Assembly (NCBI GenBank): GCA_047284725.1
Contig: JBJBEO010000001.1
Span: 2,104,203-2,168,202 of the forward strand
Direction: 5' to 3'
DNA length: 64,000 nucleotides
Source of the DNA: Synechococcus sp.
GTDB lineage: Bacteria; Cyanobacteriota; Cyanobacteriia; PCC-6307; Cyanobiaceae
Part shown: positions 31,126 through 41,403 of the stretch, piece after piece
How positions within the stretch are numbered: position 1 is the first letter of the stretch
Layout: the number at the start of each line of letters is the position of its first letter
The notes under the pieces: model-generated
What the model saw: the letters and a program-made list of their open reading frames with translations, nothing else
Told to the model about the DNA's origin: nothing
Database searches by the model: none
Program-made: the position numbers and the translations under genes

Positions 31126-32249
31126 TCAGCGCAGCTGAACCAGACAACCCTCACTGCGAGGCGGGGGCTTTGGTGTTGTGGTCCCATGGGGATCCGCCAG
31201 CGGAGCAGCCGCCAGGGTGTCGTTGAAACGATCGCGAATCGCAATGACCTCATCGGCATGGGCTTCGATGGCATCAACGCAGCGATGGTCCAGCTTTCCA
31301 GTCGCGACCAGTCGCCTCAATTCAGCCATCGCCTCGTCAGGGCATCGAAGACATCGGCGACCGCAATGATGCGCGCCTCTAACGGCACGGCATCTCCGGA
31401 CAAACGATTGGGGTAACCGGAGCCATCGAGACAGTCGTGATGGGCCGACACCACATTGAGCATGACGTCAGCATCCGGCAGTTGATCAAGTTGAAAATCA
31501 CCGAGCATGCGTTGCAGTACAACGAACCCTTTGTTCACGTGGGTTCCCATCACCGCCCGTTCGGCTGGCGTCGACGGGCCTGGCCTGAGGATGATCCGGT
31601 CAGGAATGCCGATCTTGCCGATGTCGTGCAAGGGCGCAAACAGATAAAGATGCTCGATGTATTCATCGGTCAGAGCACAGTCGCGCTGGAGATGCTTGGC
31701 AAACTCCCGGACGACATGGGCCGACGATGCCATGGAACGCACCAGACTCATGTCTCGACTGATGGTCATGCCCATCAACATCGAGAAAACCGACAGGTCT
31801 TTCTGCACCCGAGGCGTGAACGCCGCTAAAGAACAGGAGTCGTAGAAGAGAACGCCGATGAATTCTCTGCCTTCAAACAACGGAACCGTGAACGACGACT
31901 GGTAACCCTGATCAAGCAACCAGCGGGAATGGCGGTTCACGGGCTTCACCACCTCCTAGATCGCGTCGAGAACCCTCGGCTCACCTGTGCACGCCATGGT
32001 GCGGAGTGACTCACTCTCCGACAAACAAAACTCATGGCCGGAGATGGGTTCACCCGAACGGGTGCTGTCGACGAACGTCTTCAGCAGATCATCACCGGCG
32101 TCATAGAGCGCGCAGGCAATGCGATCAATCCGCGGAGAGCGCTCGAGCAGGTGACGGTGCAGTTCCTTGAGACGGTTACCGAGAGCATCACCCCGGCTGG
32201 ACGGCGCATGCACCGATGCCGCAGCTGATTCCATCAGCGTCCGAAACAC
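31126..32249 (-). pseudogene. GAF + HD-GYP c-di-GMP phosphodiesterase pseudogene
   Basis: In-frame TAG at 31956-31958 splits the GAF region. LHDIGKIGIPD and HHDCLDGSGYP are present. The ETGxHxxR segment is missing near 31698. A frameshift after DALT near 31336 leaves the C-terminal helices (DEAMAELRRLVATGKLD) in another frame. Confidence 0.85.
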
Positions 32250-32345
32250 TCCTATTCATCTCATAGTCAGGGCCATGCCAAGAGGCATCCCGTGGCATCA
32301 AGGTGAAGACAAAGCCGCTACAAGAGTGGAAGAACGGGAGAGCAC

Positions 32346-32840
32346 ATGAGCGCAACGCAGACACCCGGACAATCCCCCCACAACGCCCAGATCGTGATCG
32401 AAGCAATGATCCGGGAATGGGAGCTGCAACCGCATCCCGAAGGCGGCTGGTACCGCGAAGTGCACCGCAGTGACACGACGGTGATACGCAGCGACGGAAG
32501 CGAACGCACCGCGATCACCACGATTCTCTACCTCCTCCATGGCGATCAATGCAGTCGATGGCATCGCGTCCGCCATGCCGACGAAATCTGGACGCATCTT
32601 CAGGGGGCTTGCCTCAGTCTCTGGTCGCTGCGAAACGGACACGCAGACCAGCAGGTCTTGTCCCTTCAAAACCCTGTGGCCGTGATTCCTGCCAATGTCT
32701 GGCAAGCCGCCAGAGCTGAAGGGCCCTACAGCCTGGTGAGTTGCAGCGTTGGACCCGGGTTCGAGTTCGACGATTTTGAACTGCTGCGCGATGTGCCCAA
32801 GGAGCAGTGGCCAGCTGGGGTCTTGGAGGACCTGAGCTGA
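32346..32840 (+). CDS. Cupin_5 (DUF985) family protein
   Basis: LQPHPEGGWYRE, TTILYLL, WHRV..DEIW, WQAAR, SLVSCSVGPGFEFDDFEL. Confidence 0.9.
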   Translation: MSATQTPGQSPHNAQIVIEAMIREWELQPHPEGGWYREVHRSDTTVIRSDGSERTAITTILYLLHGDQCSRWHRVRHADEIWTHLQGACLSLWSLRNGHADQQVLSLQNPVAVIPANVWQAARAEGPYSLVSCSVGPGFEFDDFELLRDVPKEQWPAGVLEDLS

Positions 32841-32878
32841 CGCACGAGTCATTACGCTCTTGCTAACTGGAGAGAAGC

Positions 32879-33970
32879 ATGGGCAGCAGCTTCGGCGATC
32901 TGTTCCGCATCAGCACATTCGGCGAATCCCACGGCGGTGGCGTCGGTGTGATCGTGGACGGCTGCCCGCCGCGGCTGCCCCTCGATCTTGCCGGCATCCA
33001 GGCGGAACTCGACCGCCGCAAGCCTGGCCAGAGCAAGATCACCACGCCGCGCAAGGAAGCGGACCAGGTGGAGATTCTGAGCGGGCTGTTGGATGGAGTC
33101 ACCCTGGGCACGCCGATCGCGATGGTGGTGCGCAACAAGGACCAACGCCCCAATGACTACAAGGAAATGGAGGTGGCCTTTCGCCCCTCCCACGCCGATG
33201 CCACCTATCAGGCGAAGTACGGCATCCAGGCCCGCAGCGGGGGCGGCCGAGCATCCGCTCGCGAGACGATCGGCCGCGTCGCCGCCGGCGCTGTCGCCCG
33301 ACAGCTTCTGAGCAAGGTGGCTGGCACCGAAGTGATCGCCTGGGTGAAGCGCATCCATGATTTGGAGGCCCACATCGACCCAGCAACTGTCAAAGCGGAG
33401 GCCGTTGAAGCCAATATCGTTCGTTGCCCCGATCAGCCCATGGCCGAGCGGATGATCGAACGCATTGAGACGATTGGACGTGAAGGAGATTCCTGCGGCG
33501 GCGTGATCGAGTGCGTGGTCAGACAACCACCCGTCGGCCTTGGCATGCCTGTGTTCGACAAGCTGGAAGCCGACCTTGCCAAAGCGGTGATGTCACTGCC
33601 CGCCACCAAAGGCTTCGAAATTGGCTCAGGCTTTGCTGGCACCCTGCTGAAGGGAAGCGAACATAACGACGCCTTTCTGCCCAGCAACGACGGTCGTCTG
33701 CGGACAGCCACCAACAACTCGGGGGGAATCCAGGGAGGGATCAGTAATGGCGAATCCATCGTGATCCGCGTGGCCTTCAAACCAACCGCCACCATCCGCA
33801 AAGAGCAGCAAACCATCAACGCTGCTGGCGAAGCCACCACCCTGGCCGCCAAGGGCAGGCACGACCCCTGTGTTCTGCCCAGGGCCGTACCGATGGTGGA
33901 AGCGATGGTGAATCTGGTCTTGGCTGATCACCTCTTGCGCCAACAGGGTCAGTGCAGCCTGCTGGCATGA
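32879..33970 (+). CDS. aroC: Chorismate synthase
   Basis: [45 protein letters not shown]. Confidence 0.98.
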   Translation: MGSSFGDLFRISTFGESHGGGVGVIVDGCPPRLPLDLAGIQAELDRRKPGQSKITTPRKEADQVEILSGLLDGVTLGTPIAMVVRNKDQRPNDYKEMEVAFRPSHADATYQAKYGIQARSGGGRASARETIGRVAAGAVARQLLSKVAGTEVIAWVKRIHDLEAHIDPATVKAEAVEANIVRCPDQPMAERMIERIETIGREGDSCGGVIECVVRQPPVGLGMPVFDKLEADLAKAVMSLPATKGFEIGSGFAGTLLKGSEHNDAFLPSNDGRLRTATNNSGGIQGGISNGESIVIRVAFKPTATIRKEQQTINAAGEATTLAAKGRHDPCVLPRAVPMVEAMVNLVLADHLLRQQGQCSLLA

Positions 33971-33997
33971 CGTTCCCCATTGGGCGACGCTGCTGAT

Positions 33998-34645
33998 TCA
34001 GCCGCTGGAGAGGGCACCGGCACCACTGAGGCGTCCAGCGGCCTTCGCCATACGCTTCGCCACCGAAGTGGCACCACTGCCAGCTGTGGTTTTGCGTGCC
34101 CGCTTAGCAGGACGAGGCTTCGTTGTGCCCGCAGGATTGGCAGTGCCAGCAGCACTCTTCCTGGTTGCTTGACGCACCGAAGCCGACGACGTCTTCGTAC
34201 TCTTCGCCGTCTTGGTGACCGCCTTACCTGCCTTCACTGAAGAAGATTTTGCCACCGTTGCTTGTTTCGGCGACGCCTTCTTGGGCGCAGCTTTTGCGGC
34301 AGCTGTAAATGTCTTGGCTTTCGACTGGCGCTTGGATGAGGTCTTGACAGCTGTCGTCGTGCGTTGACGATGGCTCAACACCATGGCCCATTCGGCATCG
34401 CTCAAAGCCGAGGGTTTACTGCCATGGGCATTGGCCAACTTGGCGGCCTTTTCGATGTCTTGAATCAGATTGACCCAGGAGGTGGCAAAACGTTTATCCG
34501 ATTGCGATCGAGCGCCACTTTCCACCAAGGTTTCGACAACACCAGCGGCCGTGACTTTTTTGCGGCGACGATTGAAGATCTCCTTTTGCAGCTGAGCGAT
34601 CAAGGCATCGGCCTTATCGGACAGCTTGATCGACAACTGAGACAT
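33998..34645 (-). CDS. Hypothetical protein with RHH-like N-terminus and Lys/Ala-rich histone-H1-like tail
   Basis: SQLSIKLSDKADALIAQLQ (strand-helix pattern). The C-terminal half is low-complexity K/A/T/S (AAAKAAPKKASPK). Confidence 0.7.
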   Translation of the reverse strand: MSQLSIKLSDKADALIAQLQKEIFNRRRKKVTAAGVVETLVESGARSQSDKRFATSWVNLIQDIEKAAKLANAHGSKPSALSDAEWAMVLSHRQRTTTAVKTSSKRQSKAKTFTAAAKAAPKKASPKQATVAKSSSVKAGKAVTKTAKSTKTSSASVRQATRKSAAGTANPAGTTKPRPAKRARKTTAGSGATSVAKRMAKAAGRLSGAGALSSG

Positions 34646-34684
34646 CACAAATCAATCACCTATCTCATATGTAGCACTTGAGTC

Positions 34685-35362
34685 TCAATCCAACCACTTC
34701 AGCAGGTCGTGATCAAGGTTGCAGCCGGCTATCACGCCACGCCCGAGAGCGAGGGCGTGATAGCCGGCTGCAAGCCATGGGTCGAGGTCGGCCGCCGTCA
34801 GCCCACCAGCAGCAATCATGCGGGGCAAAGGCGCCAGTGGAACCGACAACTGGCGGAGGTAATCCACGCCGAGGCTCCCCGCAGGAAAGAGCTTGACGAT
34901 CTCACAACCCAACGTCGCTGCCTGACGCACTTCGGACGGCGAAAACACACCAGGCACCAAAACCAGGCCGTGGGAGCGCGCTCGACTGATCAGCGAAGGA
35001 TCCAGACAAGGAGACATGGCATAGGCCATGCCAAGGTCGCTGACGGAATCAAGACCCCCGGCATCGAGCACAGAGGCGGCTCCAAAGTTCACACCGGGAT
35101 AGCGCTCAAGCAGCGAATCCACCAGATCAGTCCAGCGGGGATGTCCTGACCAGGCAATTTCGATGTGCCGAACGCCTGCTTTGGACAGTTGATCGATCAG
35201 TCCCGAGATGGGCGCCTGCTGAACCCTCTGGGATGACCAATCAGAGGAGGTTGGACGAAGCACCACCAAAAGCGGGTGTTCGGCCAACGATGCAATCAGC
35301 TGCCGCTGGCGCTCACGCCAACGGCCGAAATCAGCAGTTGAAGACTCAGACGTATTCGGCAA
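34685..35362 (-). CDS. eda: KDPG/KHG aldolase family protein
   Basis: LVVLR, IEIAW, GAASV, MSP, VPGVFSPSEV, VKLFPA, IAAGG. Start uncertain (overlaps the ftsH stop). Confidence 0.85.
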   Translation of the reverse strand: MPNTSESSTADFGRWRERQRQLIASLAEHPLLVVLRPTSSDWSSQRVQQAPISGLIDQLSKAGVRHIEIAWSGHPRWTDLVDSLLERYPGVNFGAASVLDAGGLDSVSDLGMAYAMSPCLDPSLISRARSHGLVLVPGVFSPSEVRQAATLGCEIVKLFPAGSLGVDYLRQLSVPLAPLPRMIAAGGLTAADLDPWLAAGYHALALGRGVIAGCNLDHDLLKWLD

Positions 35363-37193
35363 CGCGAACGTCGCGACGAATCAACAACTCTTGCAGTTCT
35401 TCGGAATCAACTGTTTCACGCTCAACCAACATCTCAGCGAGTTCGTCGAGAACAGAACGATTGTCCACAAGAACCTGGGTGGCACGCTTGTAGGCGGCAT
35501 CCACCAACTGAGAGACCTCTGAGTCGATCGTGGCGGCCGTGTCTTCCGAAAAATCACGTTCGGCGGCAATGTCGCGGCCAAGGAACATGCCCCCTTGCGC
35601 CCGCCCCAGGGCCACGGGGCCAAGGGTGTCGCTCATGCCGAAACGCGTCACCATCTGTCGGGCCACTTGGGCCACCTGCTGCAGGTCGTTGGACGCACCC
35701 GTTGTGACCTCGTCTTCGCCATAGATGATCTCTTCAGCGACACGGCCACCCAAGGCAACCGCCATCTGGCTCTGCAGATACGTGCGGGAGTAGAGACCGG
35801 ATTCCATCCGCTCTTCACTAGGGGTAAAGAAGGTGAGTCCACCAGCGTTGCCACGGGGAATGATCGAGATCTTCTGAACCGCGTCGTAATCAGGCATCAC
35901 GGCCCCGACAAGGGCATGGCCAGCCTCGTGATAAGCCACCAAACGCTTGCGACGTTCGGTCATGACTCGATCCTTCTTCTCAGGACCCACCATGATGCGC
36001 TCAATGGCATCACTGATTTCATCATTACTCACTTCCGTGAGCTGGCGACGGGCGGCCAGGATGGCTGCCTCGTTGAGCAGATTGGCAAGGTCGGCTCCGG
36101 TGTAACCGGGTGTACGACGGGCCACTTTGTCGAGGTCAACGTCTTTGGACAGAGTTTTGCTGCGGGCATGCACCCCGAGAATCTGCAGGCGTCCGGCGTA
36201 ATCGGGGCGATCGACAGTGACCTGACGGTCGAAACGACCGGGGCGCATCAAGGCCGCATCCAAGACATCGGGACGGTTCGTGGCAGCAATGATGATGATG
36301 CCGGTGTTGCCTTCAAAGCCGTCCATCTCCGTGAGCAGCTGATTGAGGGTTTGCTCCCGTTCATCGTTGCCACCTCCGAGGCCTGCCCCGCGCTGCCGAC
36401 CCACCGCATCGATTTCATCGATGAACACGATGCAGGGGGCATTTTTCTTGGCCTGTTCGAACAAGTCGCGGACCCGGCTGGCGCCCACACCGACAAACAT
36501 CTCAACAAATTCAGAACCTGAGATCGAGAAGAAAGGAACGCCGGCTTCGCCGGCCACAGCCTTGGCTAAGAGCGTCTTGCCGGTACCGGGAGGCCCGACC
36601 AGCAGACAGCCTTTGGGGATCTTGGCGCCAACGGCAGTGAAACGGTCGGGATTTTTGAGGAAGTCGACGACTTCGGTGAGTTCAAGCTTGGCGCCCTCAA
36701 TGCCGGCGACATCACCAAAGGTGACTTGTGTGGAGGGCTCCATCTGAACCCGCGCTTTGCTCTTGCCGAAATTCATAGCGGGATTGCCACCACCACCGCC
36801 CTGGGAGCGACGGAACAGGAAGAACAATCCACCCAGAAGCAAGAGAGGGAAGACCAGGCTGCCTGCCGCCTGCTGCCAAGCACCCGGCTGACGGGTGGGC
36901 TGCACAGCGATGTCGACGTTGTGGTCGGTGAGCAACTTGAGCAGATCTTTGTCAGGCGCAAGGTTGACCTCGGCCCGGCGACCATCGTTCTCCACGATCA
37001 CGGCAGAGCCACGATCGGGAGAAATGGTGACGCGGCTGACTTGATCGTCTTGCACCGCTTCGACGAAGTCGCTGTAACGGAGGGTGCGAGCTGCTGTAGC
37101 AGGATCGGGCCGGTCAAGGAATGCAGTACCGACCGCGATCACCACGACCACAAGCAGGACATAAAGCCCGACGTTGCGCCAACGCTTGTTCAA
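35346..37193 (-). CDS. ftsH: ATP-dependent zinc metalloprotease FtsH (FtsH3-type N-terminus)
   Basis: [40 protein letters not shown]. Confidence 0.98.
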   Translation of the reverse strand: MNKRWRNVGLYVLLVVVVIAVGTAFLDRPDPATAARTLRYSDFVEAVQDDQVSRVTISPDRGSAVIVENDGRRAEVNLAPDKDLLKLLTDHNVDIAVQPTRQPGAWQQAAGSLVFPLLLLGGLFFLFRRSQGGGGGNPAMNFGKSKARVQMEPSTQVTFGDVAGIEGAKLELTEVVDFLKNPDRFTAVGAKIPKGCLLVGPPGTGKTLLAKAVAGEAGVPFFSISGSEFVEMFVGVGASRVRDLFEQAKKNAPCIVFIDEIDAVGRQRGAGLGGGNDEREQTLNQLLTEMDGFEGNTGIIIIAATNRPDVLDAALMRPGRFDRQVTVDRPDYAGRLQILGVHARSKTLSKDVDLDKVARRTPGYTGADLANLLNEAAILAARRQLTEVSNDEISDAIERIMVGPEKKDRVMTERRKRLVAYHEAGHALVGAVMPDYDAVQKISIIPRGNAGGLTFFTPSEERMESGLYSRTYLQSQMAVALGGRVAEEIIYGEDEVTTGASNDLQQVAQVARQMVTRFGMSDTLGPVALGRAQGGMFLGRDIAAERDFSEDTAATIDSEVSQLVDAAYKRATQVLVDNRSVLDELAEMLVERETVDSEELQELLIRRDVRVAEYV

Positions 37194-37240
37194 GGTTCTC
37201 GTGCTTCTGATGAAGGAATGTTAAACGAGATCCTCAGGGA

Positions 37241-38401
37241 TCACGCGGCGCGGAGCACGTCCACCACGCTCCTGAAGGCAAACCACTCAGGAATTTCCTC
37301 GCCACTGCGCAGCATCTTGCGGAATTGGGTACCACTCAGCTTCTTGACGTGCAGACCGCGGGTCTCGGCATGCTCGGCGGTGACATAGCCCTCTTCCTCG
37401 GTGTACACGAGATTGAGAGAAGGCACCGTCTCCATCGACAGCTCGACAGCGCACTCCTTGGCGAAGTTCTGCGCGTCGTAAGGACCGTAGAAGTCGTCGC
37501 CACTGAGAGACGACTTACAGCCGGCCATGTCGCGGCCAATGATGAAGTGGGTGCAGCCGTAATTGCGGCGAATGATCATGTGCTGAAGAGCCTCCCGCGG
37601 CCCTGCCATATGCATGGCGTAGGGCAGATAGGCCCAGCGGATCCGGTCATTGTTCACCTCATCGGCCAGACGCTCATAGGTCTGGAAGCGAACAGTGCCG
37701 GGGATGTCGTCCTGCTGGGTAGGGCCGCAGGTGGGATGCACCAACACCACAGCGTTCTTGCTCACGTTCTGGGCATGCAGGGCACGGGTGAACAGTTCGT
37801 AGTGGGCACGATGAATGGGGTTGCGGCACTGGAAGGCCACCACGTCTTCGCCAGCCGGCAGACCGGCACGCACCTCAGCGGGGGTCTTGCAAGGGAAGAC
37901 ACGCTTGGGCAAGGCAAGCCCCTGCACCAAACCGCCGAGGTAATAACGCTTGCGCTCCATGGTGATCATGCGCACAGCGGGATGCTCGATCGACGTGGTG
38001 CCGTAGCAGCCCTTGGCCTCAACCACCTTGTCGGGCTCCCATTTGTTTTCGACCGTGAGCACCGCCAGGTCCTGACCTTTGTAGGTGAGGAGCACCTTGT
38101 CACCAACGACGACATCGTCGCGATCGGTGTCCATCACGATCGGCAGCCCGAAGAGATAACCGGATGTGGTGCGATGGCCCGCCACGACGGAGTCGTAATC
38201 GGCCTGATGCATGAAGCCCCGCTCGGGGGAAAAGCCCCCCACCACCAGCAATTCCACATCGCAGGCATTGCGATCGGAGCACTCCAGGGTCTTGGTGGCG
38301 GAAGCCTTGACAGCTGCCTGCTCCGCCGCCGGGACCATCAGGTCCACGAGGGTGCCGCCGTAGGGAGCGATCACGCCATTCGGTGCGGAGGTGACAGTCA
38401 T
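37241..38401 (-). CDS. sat: Sulfate adenylyltransferase (ATP sulfurylase)
   Basis: GGFSP, VVAFQCRNPIHRAH, MAGPREA, NYGCTHFIIGRD. ATG at 38401. Confidence 0.96.
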   Translation of the reverse strand: MTVTSAPNGVIAPYGGTLVDLMVPAAEQAAVKASATKTLECSDRNACDVELLVVGGFSPERGFMHQADYDSVVAGHRTTSGYLFGLPIVMDTDRDDVVVGDKVLLTYKGQDLAVLTVENKWEPDKVVEAKGCYGTTSIEHPAVRMITMERKRYYLGGLVQGLALPKRVFPCKTPAEVRAGLPAGEDVVAFQCRNPIHRAHYELFTRALHAQNVSKNAVVLVHPTCGPTQQDDIPGTVRFQTYERLADEVNNDRIRWAYLPYAMHMAGPREALQHMIIRRNYGCTHFIIGRDMAGCKSSLSGDDFYGPYDAQNFAKECAVELSMETVPSLNLVYTEEEGYVTAEHAETRGLHVKKLSGTQFRKMLRSGEEIPEWFAFRSVVDVLRAA

Positions 38402-38449
38402 GACGAGTCTTCGGTTGGGATCAGACGGCAGATTCTCCCAGATGACAAC

Positions 38450-38474
38450 AAAAAAGGGGCCCTTGGGCCCCCTC
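38450..38474 (-). terminator. Rho-independent terminator of psbO
   Basis: Minus strand reads GGGGCCC-AA-GGGCCCC followed by TTTTTT. Confidence 0.8.
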
Positions 38475-38506
38475 AACGTCGATCGATGCGTTGAAGAAGG
38501 GTGCAA

Positions 38507-39328
38507 TCAGCCTTCTTCAAGACGACCGTAGAGCTCACCACTGATCTTGACGTCGACCACCTCACGGCCACCCATATCGGAGTCGGAAGGCTGAATGGCA
38601 GAGAACACACCAGCAAATTCACCGGTTTCAGGATCCACTTTGGTGATGGAGAGGCTCATCTGGCCGACGCCATCGATGTAACGCTTGGTGTTGTCCTTCT
38701 CAAGGCCATCATCGTCACCACCGAGAGCGATCAGCCCCTGGGCGTACTGAACACCGGTCGTCAGGGCACGGCCCTTGGGATCAATGAAGTTGCTGGTGCG
38801 GTAGCTGGGGGTGCGGTAGGTGCCTTCGAAATCGGTGCTTGTAGAGATGGCCGAGCCTTCTGCAGTCGCGCTGAGACTCTTGCTCGAGAACGTGAAGGGG
38901 AACTCCTCACCGCCAGGAACCAGAACGGTGATGGGTTGGAAGTCGATGCCACCCTGCTCTTTGAAGCTGAGGCCATCGCTGCTCACGTCAAGGTCTCCGT
39001 AGACCTCATCCAGACTTGAGGTGAAGCGCGTGAGAATCTTGCCCTCCACGAATTGCGCTTCCTGGCGCTTGTTCGCAGGCTCACCCTTCACAAACACCCG
39101 GGTGGGATGCATGCAGATGTCCTTGAGCTCATAGGAGCCGCCAGGAGTCAGGCTGATGGAGCCTCGAGCGGACTCGGCAAGAACAGGACAATCATTGGCT
39201 TTGCCGGTGTTGCGAATGTCGTCGTAGGTGATGTTGGAACGTTCCACCGCATCGGCGCCACCGCTACAGGCGGTCACCACGGTGAGACAGAAAGCCAGCA
39301 CCAGGGCCAGCAGGGGACGGATGCTCAT
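38507..39328 (-). CDS. psbO: Photosystem II manganese-stabilising protein
   Basis: Lipoprotein signal (VTAC), TYDDIRNTGKANDCP, GIDFQPITV, FIDPKGR, QPSDSDMG. Confidence 0.97.
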   Translation of the reverse strand: MSIRPLLALVLAFCLTVVTACSGGADAVERSNITYDDIRNTGKANDCPVLAESARGSISLTPGGSYELKDICMHPTRVFVKGEPANKRQEAQFVEGKILTRFTSSLDEVYGDLDVSSDGLSFKEQGGIDFQPITVLVPGGEEFPFTFSSKSLSATAEGSAISTSTDFEGTYRTPSYRTSNFIDPKGRALTTGVQYAQGLIALGGDDDGLEKDNTKRYIDGVGQMSLSITKVDPETGEFAGVFSAIQPSDSDMGGREVVDVKISGELYGRLEEG

Positions 39329-39439
39329 GAAGGGAAGCCGAAGGGCCGAACGATGACGGTATCCACCGATAGGGCGGATCCTACAGGGGGCAAACGCGAG
39401 TTCCAGCTACCCTTTTGCAGCTCTCAACAACCCGTCGCG

Positions 39440-39763
39440 TTGTCTGCCTCCAGTTCCGAAAACGAAATCTTTGCTGACGCCAACCAGGAACGACTGACGC
39501 AACTGCTCGACGGCCTTGGCGCCCTGGCCGAAGAACTGGAAGGCAATCCCGAAGCACTGCTCGCGCTGTTGCGCAGCATCGAAGCCCTGCATCGCAGCAT
39601 TCAAGACGGCGCTTTCCGAAGCAGCCTGCCGGAAAACCGTCAGCGGCTCTTCAGCCTGTTGCAAACCATGGAACGCAGCGGCGGCTGGCCCTACATCCCT
39701 CGCCTGCAACTCAAGACCTTCATCGCCATGCTCGATCAACCACCCGCTGATCTGGCGGCCTGA
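39440..39763 (+). CDS. Conserved cyanobacterial hypothetical protein
   Basis: LLALLRSIEALHRSIQDGAFRSSLPENRQRLFSLLQTMERSGGWPYIPR, divergent from psbO. TTG start inferred. Confidence 0.7.
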   Translation: MSASSSENEIFADANQERLTQLLDGLGALAEELEGNPEALLALLRSIEALHRSIQDGAFRSSLPENRQRLFSLLQTMERSGGWPYIPRLQLKTFIAMLDQPPADLAA

Positions 39764-41042
39764 AGCTGGCGTCTCCCATCAGGTCGAGGTTGATGAGTTG
39801 ATCCAGAAGCTGGTGAGCCAGTCCCAGCTTGCTCATCACAGGCAGCTCCTCGGCACTGCCATCGGATCGGAGCAACCACCCCCCGTTGTTGCCCTCTCCG
39901 AATCCCTGCCCGGGACGATCGATCGGATTCGCCAGCAACAAGTCACATCCCTTGCGGCGCAGCTTCTCGAAACCGCTGGTACGGATTGCGTCATCGGATC
40001 CACTGAGGGCTGCGAAGCCAAGTAGGTGCTGACCCGGGGGACGACCTGCATGGAGCGCCACCAGCAGATCCGGCACCGGTTCCAGATCTTCGGCAAGGCT
40101 GCGATGGAACTGCTCCTTCGCCGCTTTTTCGACGCTGGCACCACCACGGCGACGAAGGTCAGCGACTGCTGCCGCCATCACCACGGCGTTCATCTCAGGC
40201 TGCAACGCCATCAAACGCTCCTCCATGGCAGCAGCCTCTTCCACAGGATGGCAATTGAGTCCTTCAAGCCACGCGGCTGGTAGCTGCAAAGGGCCATGCA
40301 CAAGCTCCACCTGAGCACCGCGAAAGCGCGCCGCTTGAGCAATGCAGACGCCCATCCTGCCGCTACTGCGGTTGGTGAGCAGCCTGGCGGGGTCGAGGGC
40401 TTCCTGGGTGGGGCCGGCCGACACGAGCAAACGACGCCCGTGCCAGTCGAAGGGCAGGGACGCATCGTCAGAGCAGCTCTGAAAAGCGCTTTGGGCCGCC
40501 AACTGGATCAACTCCGGCGATGCCATGCGGCCGTCTCCGATGCGATCACAGGCCAACAGTCCTGCCTCCGGCCCCAGACGAAGCACCCGATGGTCTTCGG
40601 CGAGCAACGCCCAATTACGCCGCACCGCTGGGTGAGCCCACATCGCCGTGTTCATCGCGGCAGCCGCCACGACTGGCACTTCACAGGCCAGAAGCACACT
40701 GGCGAGCAGTCCCTCCGACAGCCCCTGGGTCCAGCGCGCCAGGGTGCTGGCACTGAGGGGGGCCACGATTACCAACTCAGCCCATTCAGCCAATGCGATA
40801 TGCAGCGGCCGTGATTGAGCGGGATCCCACTGGTCTGCGTCCTGAAAGCAGTGATGACGGCTGAGACTGGCCAAAGCCACAACGCTCACCAACTGTGCAG
40901 CGCTGGGGGACACGACGCAGCGAACCTCTGCCCCGGCCTTGACCAGGGCACTCACAAGCAACGGCGTCTTCACAGCGGCGATGCTGCCGCTAGCAGCCAC
41001 AAGAATGCGACGCCCCTGAAGCGAAGCCGAATCAATCCTCAT
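39720..41042 (-). CDS. coaBC: Bifunctional phosphopantothenoylcysteine decarboxylase / phosphopantothenate-cysteine ligase
   Basis: ASGSIAAVK, HIALAEWA, AMNTAMW, LACDRIGDGRM, SAGPT..LDP.R..TNRSSGRMG, AAAVAD, LLGFAA. Confidence 0.95.
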   Translation of the reverse strand: MRIDSASLQGRRILVAASGSIAAVKTPLLVSALVKAGAEVRCVVSPSAAQLVSVVALASLSRHHCFQDADQWDPAQSRPLHIALAEWAELVIVAPLSASTLARWTQGLSEGLLASVLLACEVPVVAAAAMNTAMWAHPAVRRNWALLAEDHRVLRLGPEAGLLACDRIGDGRMASPELIQLAAQSAFQSCSDDASLPFDWHGRRLLVSAGPTQEALDPARLLTNRSSGRMGVCIAQAARFRGAQVELVHGPLQLPAAWLEGLNCHPVEEAAAMEERLMALQPEMNAVVMAAAVADLRRRGGASVEKAAKEQFHRSLAEDLEPVPDLLVALHAGRPPGQHLLGFAALSGSDDAIRTSGFEKLRRKGCDLLLANPIDRPGQGFGEGNNGGWLLRSDGSAEELPVMSKLGLAHQLLDQLINLDLMGDASFRPPDQRVVDRAWR

Positions 41043-41244
41043 CAAACGGTTCCTGATCGATCAGGTGCACGTAGGGCCTGGTCAGCTCAGGACGATGAAT
41101 GGCCAAGGCTCTCAGCAGGTGCCAGTCCCCAAGACCGGCAAATGGCGTGGGGTAGTCGTCGTCTTCAAGACGCTGTGCCAACACGGCCACGGATGCTTCA
41201 TCGAAACTCTCGAGTTGCTCGGGAGTGATGGCCGGACTGACCAT
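41032..41244 (-). CDS. DUF2555-like small protein
   Basis: LAQRLEDDDYPTPFAGLGDWHLLRALAIHRPEL...EPFDED, directly upstream of coaBC. Confidence 0.8.
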   Translation of the reverse strand: MVSPAITPEQLESFDEASVAVLAQRLEDDDYPTPFAGLGDWHLLRALAIHRPELTRPYVHLIDQEPFDED

Positions 41245-41306
41245 GGGGCCTCATTGCCGCAGTCGCTCGCATTCTGCCTGGGCTCTGGCGCTAGGTTTCG
41301 GCGGTT

Positions 41307-41379
41307 GGGGAATTAGCTCAGCTGGTAGAGCGCTGCGATCGCACCGCAGAGGTCAGGGGTTCGAGTCCCCTATTCTCCA
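41307..41379 (+). tRNA. tRNA-Ala (CGC)
   Basis: GGGGAAT/ATTCTCC acceptor stem with G3:U70, D-arm GCTCAGCTGGTAGAGC, anticodon arm CTGCG-ATCGCAC-CGCAG, GGTTCGAGTCC. CCA is not encoded. Confidence 0.97.
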
Positions 41380-41403
41380 TACAAGTGCGCAGGTCATCGT
41401 CAC

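Noticed and set aside
31956..31958. Programmed amber read-through or recoding in the HD-GYP gene
   Set aside because: Two further disabling lesions lie downstream, and TAG serves as a normal stop elsewhere in the window (e.g. lipA).
32251..32266. Shared TATGAGAT...ATAGG element upstream of the HD-GYP gene and the 34645 gene
   Set aside because: It is a short match with different spacing, plausible by chance in AT-rich promoter DNA.
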